From NCBI GenBank assembly GCA_044224715.1, contig JBGAJV010000017.1, forward strand, positions 14,415 through 78,414: a stretch of DNA of 64,000 nucleotides. The letters are read 5' to 3'. Source of the DNA: Anaerolineales bacterium (lineage in GTDB: Bacteria > Chloroflexota > Anaerolineae > Anaerolineales > UBA6663). A program made the position numbers and the translations under genes. Shown in pieces: positions 1-7,962 of the stretch (positions are counted from its first letter, which is position 1; every line of letters begins with the position of its first letter). The notes beneath the pieces are model-generated. The model was not told the origin of the DNA and did no database searches. It worked only from the letters and a program-made list of their open reading frames with translations.

Positions 1-677
1 TCCGGATCGTCGATGTCGAGATGCGAGGCGACCTCGGTGAAGGTGCCGTCGCCGTTGTTGCGGAACAGGAAGTTCGGGCCGTTCTCGTTGCCGGCGTAGA
101 TGTCGACGCGATCAGAGACGATCGGCAAAGCCGCCGCGCTGCGCCCGCCGGTGACGTGGTCGAGCCCCGCGGCCGGCGCGTTGTCTTGCAGGCGCCCATC
201 CTCGTCGAGCTCGTATAGACGCATCGGGCCGCCGTAATTGGCGACGAAGAAACCGTACGAGCCGTTGCCCTTGCGGTCGATCACGGCCACCGAGCGCCCG
301 GCGGTCAGGTTGAGCGCCGCGCGATTGTCCGGAATCGCGAACAGGTCGACCCAGCCGTCGTCGCCGCGCACGAAGAGCCGATCGGCCAGACGCTTCTGCC
401 CGGCGAACGTGTCGGTGTTGAGGATGTAGATCTCTTCGCGCCCGTCGCCGTCGAGGTCACCGGCAGCGACGCCGATGGCCTGACGATCGGCGTCCGCCAT
501 GGTGCCGTCGGCGATGTCTTGCAGACCGCGCCCATCCCACTTGAGGACGCGATTGGGCCCGCCAAAGCCGGTGACCACGGCTTCGAAGATGCCGTCGCCG
601 TCGATGTCGGAGATCGCGATCCCGTAGTGGAGCCGCGGCGGATTGGATCGGATGAGGTCGCTACGATTGATGAACAT
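1..677 (-). CDS. FG-GAP/VCBS-repeat protein (CRTAC1 / ASPIC-UnbV-like), N-terminal part; 3' end lies beyond the window start
   Basis: Absent from the ORF track because it has no in-window stop. My minus-strand translation from the ATG (complement of 675-677) reads MFINRSDLIRSNPPRLHYGIAISDIDGDGIFEAVVTGFGGPNRV...AIGVAAGDLDGDGREEIYILNTD...FRNNGDGTFTEV, with repeated DxDGDG FG-GAP-type motifs. Confidence 0.7.
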   Translation of the reverse strand, partial: MFINRSDLIRSNPPRLHYGIAISDIDGDGIFEAVVTGFGGPNRVLKWDGRGLQDIADGTMADADRQAIGVAAGDLDGDGREEIYILNTDTFAGQKRLADRLFVRGDDGWVDLFAIPDNRAALNLTAGRSVAVIDRKGNGSYGFFVANYGGPMRLYELDEDGRLQDNAPAAGLDHVTGGRSAAALPIVSDRVDIYAGNENGPNFLFRNNGDGTFTEVASHLDIDDP

Positions 678-912
678 ACCTGCGTTTCGGTCAACAACCG
701 GCCCGGCTCAGGCCGGCATCGGCGTCTATAACAGGCCTGCGATTGGGTTTGTGCTGGACGTCGCCCCAGCATCCCACGCTTTCGATCGACTCGCAATAGG
801 ACGGGCTTCCCGCCCCGCCACATCCACCACATCGACCTCGCTTGAAATAACGTGCGCGATCGTTTATGTCGTCAACTTCAACGTGTGGTTTCGAGTTGGA
901 TCCGCTGTGCGC

Positions 913-1656
913 TCACACGGGCGGCCAGGGGTAACTGTAATTCGATCGGGGATGCGGAAAGATGCCGGCGGCCAGCAACCGCTCGATCCGACGCCGGAGC
1001 GCCGCGACCTCGAGCGGGTCGAGCAGACTGTCGAGCGCGCCGCGCAAGTCCTCGTCGTCCTCGAGGCGAGTCTTCAGGGCGGCAAGATCGGCGCACACGT
1101 CGTCGGGCAGGGGCTCGCCGGCGAAGTCCCAAATCACGGTGCGCAGTTTGTTCTGGGCATGGAAGGTCACGCCATGATCGATCAACCAGAAGCGTTTGTC
1201 GTGCCCTTTGAGGACGTGCCCGGCTTTGCGATCGGCGTTGTTGATGACGACGTCGAAGGCGGCGACCCGCATGAACTGCGACCGCTCGTGATCAGTGACG
1301 TTGAAGTAATGCCACTCGGGCTCGGCATCAATGTAGAACTGCAGCGAGCCCGGGCCGTGCGGCCCGGAGGGTCGGTACACGGTCGGGGGCACAAGGTCCC
1401 AATCCAATGCCTGGCTCACCAGAAACGTCGCGACTTCTCGATACGCCAGGGTGCTCTCGGGAAAGTCCCAGAGCGGGCGTTCGCCCTTGATCGGCTTGTA
1501 GACCGCCGGCAGGGTGACGCCCTTGTGCTTGACCGTGCAAAGGAAAGTGTAGTTCGAGCCGTCGGGCAGCAGGCCCTGCAGCTTCAAGGTGCCGTCGCGC
1601 AGGATCTCCAGCACGCGGACAAGACTGATCGATTGAGGATCGGAGTCGGCGCTCAC
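913..1656 (-). CDS. SCO1664-family protein (PI3/PI4-kinase-like), third member of the conserved SCO1664/DUF3090/phosphatase gene trio
   Basis: 247-aa ORF with kinase-like motifs NNADRKAGHVL and LIDHGVTF. The overlapping ORFs are Arg-rich shadow frames. Confidence 0.85.
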   Translation of the reverse strand: MSADSDPQSISLVRVLEILRDGTLKLQGLLPDGSNYTFLCTVKHKGVTLPAVYKPIKGERPLWDFPESTLAYREVATFLVSQALDWDLVPPTVYRPSGPHGPGSLQFYIDAEPEWHYFNVTDHERSQFMRVAAFDVVINNADRKAGHVLKGHDKRFWLIDHGVTFHAQNKLRTVIWDFAGEPLPDDVCADLAALKTRLEDDEDLRGALDSLLDPLEVAALRRRIERLLAAGIFPHPRSNYSYPWPPV

Positions 1657-1683
1657 GTTTTGACTATACCGCGCTTTGGAGCG

Positions 1684-2313
1684 TCAGATCAGGCTTTTCT
1701 CCAGCGCGTAGCGGACCATCTCGGCGTTCGAGGTCAGGCCGAGTTTCTCGAGGATACGCGCGCGATACGTGCTGACGGTCTTGACGCTGATCATCAGATC
1801 GGCCGCGATCGCGCTAGCGGTCTTGCCCTGCGCCAGGAGGACGAGCACCTGGAACTCGCGGTTCGACAGGGTCTCGTGCGGCGATTGCGCGTCGTCGCTG
1901 GTCAGGTTGAACGCCAGCATCTCGGCCAGCGTGTCGCTGACGTAGCGCCCGCCGCTCGCGATCTTGCGCAGCGCGGGCGCGAGTGACTCGGCCGCATGCT
2001 CCTTGTTCATGTATCCGGCGGCGCCAGCCTTGAGCGCGCGCACCGCGTACTGATCCTCCGCGTGCATGCTCATCACCAGGATAGACAGACTCGGATAGAG
2101 CGCCCGAAGCTCCTCGATCAACTCGATGCCGTTCCGACCGGGCATCGACAGGTCGAGCACGACGATGTCGCAACTGCCCTGGCGCAGCCAGGCCAACAGC
2201 GCCGCCCCGTCGGCGACGTCGCCGACCACGCGCAGGTCGGGCGTCTCTTCGATCACCTGACGGAAACCGCGCCGAACGATCGAGTGATCGTCGGCGATGA
2301 CGACGTTGATCAT
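1684..2313 (-). CDS. NarL/LuxR-family response regulator (REC + LuxR HTH)
   Basis: Start trimmed to MINVVIADDHSIVRR (complement of 2311-2313). Phospho-acceptor context VVLDLSMPG; C-terminal LSNREFQVLVLLAQGKTASAIAADLMISVKTVSTYRARILEKLG. Its ATG overlaps the upstream kinase stop (ATGA). Confidence 0.92.
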   Translation of the reverse strand: MINVVIADDHSIVRRGFRQVIEETPDLRVVGDVADGAALLAWLRQGSCDIVVLDLSMPGRNGIELIEELRALYPSLSILVMSMHAEDQYAVRALKAGAAGYMNKEHAAESLAPALRKIASGGRYVSDTLAEMLAFNLTSDDAQSPHETLSNREFQVLVLLAQGKTASAIAADLMISVKTVSTYRARILEKLGLTSNAEMVRYALEKSLI

Positions 2314-4214
2314 GACTGTGTCTCCTCTGCACGGCCGGGGCTCGGCGCAACGGTCGCGCCGGCCCCTGACCCTGTGGTTTCGATCGGGACGAACAGGTTG
2401 ACGCGCGTCCCCCCGGCGGCGCCCGGCTCCCAGACGATCGTGCCGCCCATCTCCTCGGCGCGCTCGCGCATGCCGAGTAGCCCCAGCGAGGTCGTCGCGG
2501 CGTCGTCCTGCGGCAGGCCGATGCCGTCGTCGGTGATGGTCAGACGCAGCCCGTCGCCCTCCTGGCGCAGGTCGATCGCGACCGTATGCGCCCGCGCGTG
2601 ACGGACGATGTTCGTCACCGCCTCCTGAGCGATACGGTACGTGGCCGTCCCGATCTGCTCGGGCAGGCGCGCGATGCCCTCGTCGGCGTTCATCGTCACG
2701 TTCAGCCCGGAGCGCCCCGCGACGTCGCGGGCCATCCACTCGATCGCGGCCGCCAGCCCGAGATCGTCGAGCAGGCTCGGGCGCAGCCGTCTGGCGATCG
2801 CGCGCGCGACCTGGATCGTCTCGTCCATCAACTCGGTCAGCGAACGGGCGACGTCGATGGCCTCGGCCACGGCGGGCTCGGCGGCATGACCGCGCAGCCG
2901 CCGTTCGATCAGCGCCAGGTCCATCTTGGCGCCGGTCAGCGATTGGCCGAGCTGGTCGTGGACCTCGCGCGAGATGCGCGTCTGTTCTTCCTCGAGCATC
3001 TGGCGTTGACGGCCCGACAGCCGGCGCAACTGCTCGCGTGATCGACGCAGCTCGTCGAGGCTGGCCTTGAGCTGTTGCGTGCGGCTTTCGACGCGCCGTT
3101 CGAGGTTCTGGTTGGCGAGCGTCAGGTCGGCGGCCTGGGTCTCGAGCGTGTCGGCCATGGCGTTGAAGTCGGCGACCAGATCGGCGATCTCGCTGGCCTG
3201 GCCGGCCGCCTGGGCGCGTTGATCGAGCCGGCCGGATTGGATCTGGCGCGCCGCATACGCCAACGAGCGGATCGGCCGCGCCAGCCGTCTGTCGCCGAAC
3301 CACCAGGCGCTGATGCCGCCGAGCAGCAGCAACGACACGCCGAGCACGAGCGAGAGCCAGATGGCCTGATCGACCGGGCGCAGCGCTGCGCCGAGTTCGA
3401 TGCCGACTGCGATCGTCAGATCCTGATCGGGCGTGTGATCGACGACGCGAAAGGCATACAGGCGCTCGATGCCGTTAGGGCCGATCAGCGCCTGCGGCGG
3501 AAGCGCGCTTGTGTGTTCGGCCAGGAGCGCATCGCGGAGCGCGCCGGCCGGCACCTGCTCGCCTACGGTGAGGGTCTTGGGCCAATCGATGATCAGCGTG
3601 CCGTCGCGATCGACCAGCAGCACCGAATAGTCGGAGGCAAGCCCGAGGCCGTCGATCCGACGATTGAGCTCGTCGACGTCGATCCCCAGTGCCAGCACCG
3701 AGATGATCTTGCCCTGCGCGTCGAGGACGGGCGCGGCCACGGTCAGGACGCGCCGTTTGGTGACCTGGCCGATTTGAAACCCGCCGATCGCGAAAGCTCG
3801 GGTCTCGAGGGCGCGAACGAAATACTCGTTCTTCGACCCGTCACTGACGGCGTCGGGCTGCGGGTACCGGCACCAGCTCATCCCGTCGGAGTCGGCGGCG
3901 GTCAACGCGACATACGCCGTCGCCGCCTGGATGATCCGTTGCGCCATGGCGTTGCATTCGTCACGCCGATGTTCCTGGATCGCCGGCGTGTCCGCGATGG
4001 TGGTCAGCAGGACCCGGGCGCTTTCGATCAGTTCGCCCTGGCTGGCGCCGATCGCGCGCGCCAACTCGACGTTTTGGTCGGAGGCGCGGTCGACCAACGC
4101 GGCCCGCTGCTGGCCCGCCGTCACGATCATCAGAAGGAAGGCCGGGGTGAGCGCCACGATCACCAGCGCCACCAGCTGCGATCGAACGCTGCGCAAAAAC
4201 GCAAGGGGGTTCAT
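2310..4214 (-). CDS. Sensor histidine kinase (N-terminal TM, Cache-like extracytoplasmic domain, HAMP, HisKA_3, HATPase_c)
   Basis: 634-aa ORF with H-box ISREVHDQLGQSL, N-box QEAVTNIVRHA and G-box TDDGIGLP. Two hydrophobic segments flank a ~260-aa sensor domain. Confidence 0.92.
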   Translation of the reverse strand: MNPLAFLRSVRSQLVALVIVALTPAFLLMIVTAGQQRAALVDRASDQNVELARAIGASQGELIESARVLLTTIADTPAIQEHRRDECNAMAQRIIQAATAYVALTAADSDGMSWCRYPQPDAVSDGSKNEYFVRALETRAFAIGGFQIGQVTKRRVLTVAAPVLDAQGKIISVLALGIDVDELNRRIDGLGLASDYSVLLVDRDGTLIIDWPKTLTVGEQVPAGALRDALLAEHTSALPPQALIGPNGIERLYAFRVVDHTPDQDLTIAVGIELGAALRPVDQAIWLSLVLGVSLLLLGGISAWWFGDRRLARPIRSLAYAARQIQSGRLDQRAQAAGQASEIADLVADFNAMADTLETQAADLTLANQNLERRVESRTQQLKASLDELRRSREQLRRLSGRQRQMLEEEQTRISREVHDQLGQSLTGAKMDLALIERRLRGHAAEPAVAEAIDVARSLTELMDETIQVARAIARRLRPSLLDDLGLAAAIEWMARDVAGRSGLNVTMNADEGIARLPEQIGTATYRIAQEAVTNIVRHARAHTVAIDLRQEGDGLRLTITDDGIGLPQDDAATTSLGLLGMRERAEEMGGTIVWEPGAAGGTRVNLFVPIETTGSGAGATVAPSPGRAEETQS

Positions 4215-4380
4215 CTTGTGATCCGCGATGCTGGAAACGCGTCGTGTCAGAAACGTCCTACATCGCCCCGGGATCGCTGCCGATGTCGGCCGATCGGGAT
4301 CTGCTGTACTGGTAAATGCTGAATATGAGAGGCGCCGGCGTCGCTGCGTCAGCGCCCTCGTGTGTAAAGTGTAGCAAGGT

Positions 4381-4845
4381 ATGAGTCAGAACGTCAGCAA
4401 CCCAGACCCGACCACGGAAACCTGGTTGAACCGCATCGACGACGCGGCCCACACGCCGATCCGCGTATTGGTGATCGAAGACGTCCTCCTCGTGCGCCGG
4501 CGCATCGCCGCGGCCCTGGCGGTCGAGCCCGACTTGAGCGTGGTCGGCGAGGCCGGCACGTGTGGCGACGCGCAGACCTGGTTGATGCAAGCGCAGGCGG
4601 ACGTGCTCGTGTGCGATATCAGCCTGCCGGGGACGCCCGAATTACGCAACGGCATCGACCTGATCGTCTGGGCTCTGCGGCGCGAGCCACGTCTGCGCGT
4701 CATCGTCCTCACCAACTACGCCGATGAAGCATATCGCCGGGCCAGCCTGCGCGCGGGCGCCTCGGCCTTCCTCGACAAATCCTCCGAATTCGCCGAACTC
4801 CCTGCCGCCATTCGCGCGGCCATACGCGGTTCGCTGTCAACCTGA
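4381..4845 (+). CDS. Stand-alone receiver-domain response regulator (CheY-like, no output domain)
   Basis: 154-aa ORF with IRVLVIEDV...VLVCDISLPG...VIVLTNY...FLDKS receiver signature. AAGG lies 2-5 nt upstream of the ATG. Divergent from the kinase/regulator pair. Confidence 0.8.
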   Translation: MSQNVSNPDPTTETWLNRIDDAAHTPIRVLVIEDVLLVRRRIAAALAVEPDLSVVGEAGTCGDAQTWLMQAQADVLVCDISLPGTPELRNGIDLIVWALRREPRLRVIVLTNYADEAYRRASLRAGASAFLDKSSEFAELPAAIRAAIRGSLST

Positions 4846-4890
4846 CGCCTGTCAGCCTGACGCCTGTCAGCCTGACGCCTGTCAGCCTGA
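4831..4890. repeat. 15-bp tandem repeat: 3 perfect units CGCCTGTCAGCCTGA plus a diverged founder unit that is the gene's own 3' end
   Basis: Units at 4846-4860, 4861-4875 and 4876-4890 are identical. 4831-4845 (tcgctgtcaacctga) matches 11/15. Each junction forms the hairpin CTGAC-gcct-GTCAG. Confidence 0.95.
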
Positions 4891-5034
4891 TCCGACAGCC
4901 CGGATCGGCCACGCTGACGGCGTCGACAGCCGTATCCGATGGCAGGTCATGAGCGGTCGTCGTATCGTGATCGTGTCGATCGGCAATTCGCGATCGACGC
5001 AAGCGACGACAACTTCTTCACAAGGAGCACACTC

Positions 5035-5307
5035 ATGATCGACTTCATCATCTGGATCCTGGTCGGCGGTTTCCTCGGCTGGCTCGCAAGCATGATCATG
5101 CACACCGACGGGCGCCAGGGCACGCTGCTCGACATCGTGGTCGGCGTTGTGGGCGCGGCGTTGGCCGGTTGGCTGATCTCGCCGCTTGTCGGCGTCGGCA
5201 CGATCAACCAGGGCAACTTCAGCTTTGGGGCGTTGATCGTCTCGCTGGTCGGCGCCATCGTCCTGCTGGGCGTGGTCAACCTGTTCCGGATGGGGCGCGC
5301 GCGCTGA
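5035..5307 (+). CDS. GlsB/YeaQ/YmgE-family small stress membrane protein (transglycosylase-associated)
   Basis: Start trimmed to MIDFIIWILVGGFLGWLASMIM with AAGGAG at 5022-5027. 90 aa with three hydrophobic helices typical of the family. Confidence 0.8.
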   Translation: MIDFIIWILVGGFLGWLASMIMHTDGRQGTLLDIVVGVVGAALAGWLISPLVGVGTINQGNFSFGALIVSLVGAIVLLGVVNLFRMGRAR

Positions 5308-5407
5308 CCCTGAGCGGATCAGCACCGTGGGCCGGCGGGTGGCGCAGCAGCGTCGCCCGCCGGCCTCTGTGCGTTGATACGGTCCGGTGCAAGCAACAGC
5401 CATCGTC

Positions 5408-5986
5408 ATGCGCGCTCGTCGTTTTTCGCGCTGCTGGGGTCTGATCCTCACCCGTGGGCTCGCTGCCCTGGCCTTCGGGCTGACGGCCTGTGTGTGGCCG
5501 GCGAGGGTCGAGCCGCTCGTGGCGCCCGGGTTCGGGGCCTATGCCCTGATCGACGGCCTGCTGGGAGCCCTGATCGGCCTGCGGGCGCGGGCCGGTGGGG
5601 CTCGCCGCCGTCTGGGCTTTGTGATCGCCGGCGTGTTCAGCATCGTCGCCGGTGTCTGCGCACTGGCCCTGCCGGGATGGACCGATCGCATGGCGGTCGG
5701 GCTGATCGCCGGCTGGGCCTTCGCCACCGGGATCGTCGAGATCGCGATGAGCGCTCCGTTGCGGCGCGAGGACTCTGACGCGTGGCTGTCCGTCGTCGGC
5801 GGGCTGGCCGCCGTGATCTTCAGCGTGCTTCTGGCCTGGCGACCCATGGTTGGAGGCGCGGATGTCGTTTGGGCCATCGGCTGGTATGTCCTGGCGTTTG
5901 GTGGGCTCCTGATCGCCTGGGCGGCGCAGGTGAAGGGCCGCCATGCTCGCCAGGCGAAACCCATGCGCGACGCCTCGTCGACGTGA
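5408..5986 (+). CDS. HdeD-family (DUF308) membrane protein
   Basis: Repeated Gly/Ala-rich TM helices (GLILTRGLAALAFGL..., IAGVFSIVAGVCAL..., LIAGWAFATGIVEI...). Start set at ATG 5408; GTG 5387 is an alternative. Confidence 0.7.
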   Translation: MRARRFSRCWGLILTRGLAALAFGLTACVWPARVEPLVAPGFGAYALIDGLLGALIGLRARAGGARRRLGFVIAGVFSIVAGVCALALPGWTDRMAVGLIAGWAFATGIVEIAMSAPLRREDSDAWLSVVGGLAAVIFSVLLAWRPMVGGADVVWAIGWYVLAFGGLLIAWAAQVKGRHARQAKPMRDASST

Positions 5987-6020
5987 TCCTTGCCGCGCCG
6001 TCGCAGCCACACAAACAAAA

Positions 6021-6050
6021 ACGCCGCCGGAGCATTGGCTCCGGCGGCGT
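6021..6050. terminator. Bidirectional intrinsic terminator between convergent hdeD-like and csbD-like genes
   Basis: 13-bp perfect stem ACGCCGCCGGAGC / GCTCCGGCGGCGT with loop ATTG, flanked by acaaacaaaa on the left and ttcgttttgt on the right. Confidence 0.85.
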
Positions 6051-6073
6051 TTCGTTTTGTGCGTTCGGCGCCG

Positions 6074-6352
6074 TTACTTCAGGCGCTTCTCGAGCTCGGC
6101 CTTGGCCTTGTCGGTGGCGTCGGCGGCCTGTCGCGCGACGTTCTTGCCGTTGTCGTTCAGCGTCGTCACGAAGTCGGACCAGGCGCGCTGCGCCTGCTCC
6201 TTGCTGTAGCCATAGCGTTCTTGCAGCAGCCCGGCCATGATCTCGGCGTTGCCCTGCGCCCGCGCCAGATCGTCATCGGTGAGCTTGCCGAAGGTCTGCT
6301 TGATTTGGCCCGTGAACTGCTTCCACTTGCCAGCCAGGATGTCGTTGTTCAT
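6074..6352 (-). CDS. CsbD-family general stress protein
   Basis: Start trimmed to MNNDILAGKWKQFTGQIKQTFGKLTDDDL (classic CsbD N-terminus). AAGGAG lies upstream (complement of about 6360-6366). 92 aa. Confidence 0.88.
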   Translation of the reverse strand: MNNDILAGKWKQFTGQIKQTFGKLTDDDLARAQGNAEIMAGLLQERYGYSKEQAQRAWSDFVTTLNDNGKNVARQAADATDKAKAELEKRLK

Positions 6353-6514
6353 GGTCGTGTCTCCTTTGTGTGAACCCATCGCCTTGAATGCGCCACCGCG
6401 GTGGCCAGGCGACGGGTTCACAATAGGCCCGGCGGCACGATCTCGGGATCGGCCCAACGCCCGGTTGAGTGTCGGAGACATCCGGTCCGTGTCAGCCACG
6501 TCCGACCGGGAAAC

Positions 6515-6541
6515 AAAAAAGCGGCGCACATGCGCCGCTTC
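6515..6541 (-). terminator. Intrinsic terminator downstream of the DUF3090 gene
   Basis: Minus strand reads AAGCGGCGCATGTGCGCCGCTTTTTTGTTTC: a GC stem followed by a T-run, 18 nt after the stop at 6559. Confidence 0.8.
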
Positions 6542-6558
6542 TCTTCGACGAAATCGAT

Positions 6559-7086
6559 TTACCAGCGGTGGCCGTTGCGCCGTGGGCAGAAATGACCTTC
6601 GCTGTCGATCGGCTGGCCGCATAGCGGACAGATCGAGCGACCCTGACGAACGATCGAATGGCCGTGTTGAGCGACCTCGAGCATCTGGCCGCGGGTGGCG
6701 AACACACGCACCACGCTGGCTTCCTCCTGCTCGCGGCCCTCGGCCAGGATTTCGGTCGCGACCAGCACGACCAGGTCGTTCTCCTCGTCGTAACCCAGCC
6801 CGATCTGACCGACGCGGAACATCGGGTCCAACGGCACGGTCAGCGCCATTCGCTCGGGGCGGTAATCGACCACGGCGTCGACCAGGTCGGCGTGGCGCTG
6901 CTTCAAGTCGGTGACGAATTGCTCGACGCCCTCGGCCAGCGCTTCGACCTGCAGCTTCTCGAGGATGACCGAAACCACCTGTAGGCCCTTGCTGGCCTGC
7001 AGGTAAAACACGCGCTTGCCGGGCTGGCCGACAAAGCCGGTGGTGATATGCGAGACGGGGTTGAGTTCGATGACCTGTCCGGGCAT
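6559..7086 (-). CDS. DUF3090-family protein
   Basis: 175-aa ORF, MPGQVIELNPVSHITTGFVGQPGKRVFYLQA... with a C-terminal Cys/His tail CPLCGQPIDSEGHFCPRRNGH. Confidence 0.85.
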   Translation of the reverse strand: MPGQVIELNPVSHITTGFVGQPGKRVFYLQASKGLQVVSVILEKLQVEALAEGVEQFVTDLKQRHADLVDAVVDYRPERMALTVPLDPMFRVGQIGLGYDEENDLVVLVATEILAEGREQEEASVVRVFATRGQMLEVAQHGHSIVRQGRSICPLCGQPIDSEGHFCPRRNGHRW

Positions 7087-7234
7087 ACAGATGGATTATG
7101 CAACAGTTTCGATTGAGCGGTGCACGCGAGTTGCCACGGTGTGCACGGGCAAGTTATCGGGCGCGGAGTCTGGCCGCAAATCCCGCGACTGGGCTGAGCG
7201 ATCCAGCGCGCCCGTCGCCTCGCGGCGCAAGATC

Positions 7235-7888
7235 TCACCGCTTCTTGCCGCCCGCCGCGGTCCGGCGGCGTTTGGGCGGCGTTGGTCGTTCGACACCGGC
7301 CGTGTCGTTGAGCCGACGCAGCGCCGGCGCCCCGTGCCCGAGCTGCAGCACGGTGACCGAGGCCGTGTCGACCTGTAGTCGTTGGAACAGATCGAGCGGG
7401 ACGCCGAGGTAGTGGGCGACGACGAGTTTGATCACGTCGGCGTGCGACACAGCGGCGACCATGTCCTTCGGGTGCGCGCGCGCGATCGCCTCCACCGCGT
7501 CGACGGCCCGGGCCTGCACGGCGCGCACCGTCTCGCCTTCGGGGAACTGCATGGCCGACGGCAGCTCCTGGACGACGCGCCACAGCTTTTGCCGACGCAG
7601 GGTCTTCAGGCTCTGGCCCTGCCAGCGCCCGTAGCGGACCTCGCCCAGACCCTCCGCCACGATCGGGGTCAGCCCGAGCGTGCGCGCGAGCGGGGCGGCG
7701 GTCTCACGGGTGCGTTCGAGCGGGCTGCAATACAACGCCTTGATCGGCGCCGCCTTGAGCTTGACCGCCAGTTGCTCGGCCTGGCGCTGCCCAAGATCGT
7801 TCAGCCGGACGCCGGGCGTCCAGCCGGCCAGCTTGCCGGTGCGTGTGTAGTCGTTCTCGCCGTGGCGGATCAGCAGCAGGGTGGTCAT
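7235..7888 (-). CDS. Histidine phosphatase superfamily protein (MSMEG_4193-type putative phosphomutase)
   Basis: Start trimmed to MTTLLLIRHGENDYT (RHG catalytic motif); second catalytic His in VSHADVIK. The upstream 256 codons of the tracked ORF are Arg/Pro-rich and non-coding-like. Confidence 0.88.
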   Translation of the reverse strand: MTTLLLIRHGENDYTRTGKLAGWTPGVRLNDLGQRQAEQLAVKLKAAPIKALYCSPLERTRETAAPLARTLGLTPIVAEGLGEVRYGRWQGQSLKTLRRQKLWRVVQELPSAMQFPEGETVRAVQARAVDAVEAIARAHPKDMVAAVSHADVIKLVVAHYLGVPLDLFQRLQVDTASVTVLQLGHGAPALRRLNDTAGVERPTPPKRRRTAAGGKKR

Positions 7889-7962
7889 GCCGGGATTGTA
7901 TCTCTCAAAACAAAGGAGCACCCGCGGTCGGGTGCTCCTGGATTGGGTCGGGCGTGAGGGCG

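Noticed and set aside
643-1986. 447-aa plus-strand ORF spanning the SCO1664-family and response-regulator genes
   Set aside because: It is a shadow frame opposite two well-supported minus-strand genes, with no motifs and repetitive Arg/Gly/Val content.
4831-4890. Tandem repeats at 4831-4890, 17470-17501 and 27033-27095 considered as CRISPR arrays
   Set aside because: The units are directly adjacent with no spacers, are only 8-21 bp long, occur in only 3-4 copies, and no cas genes are present.
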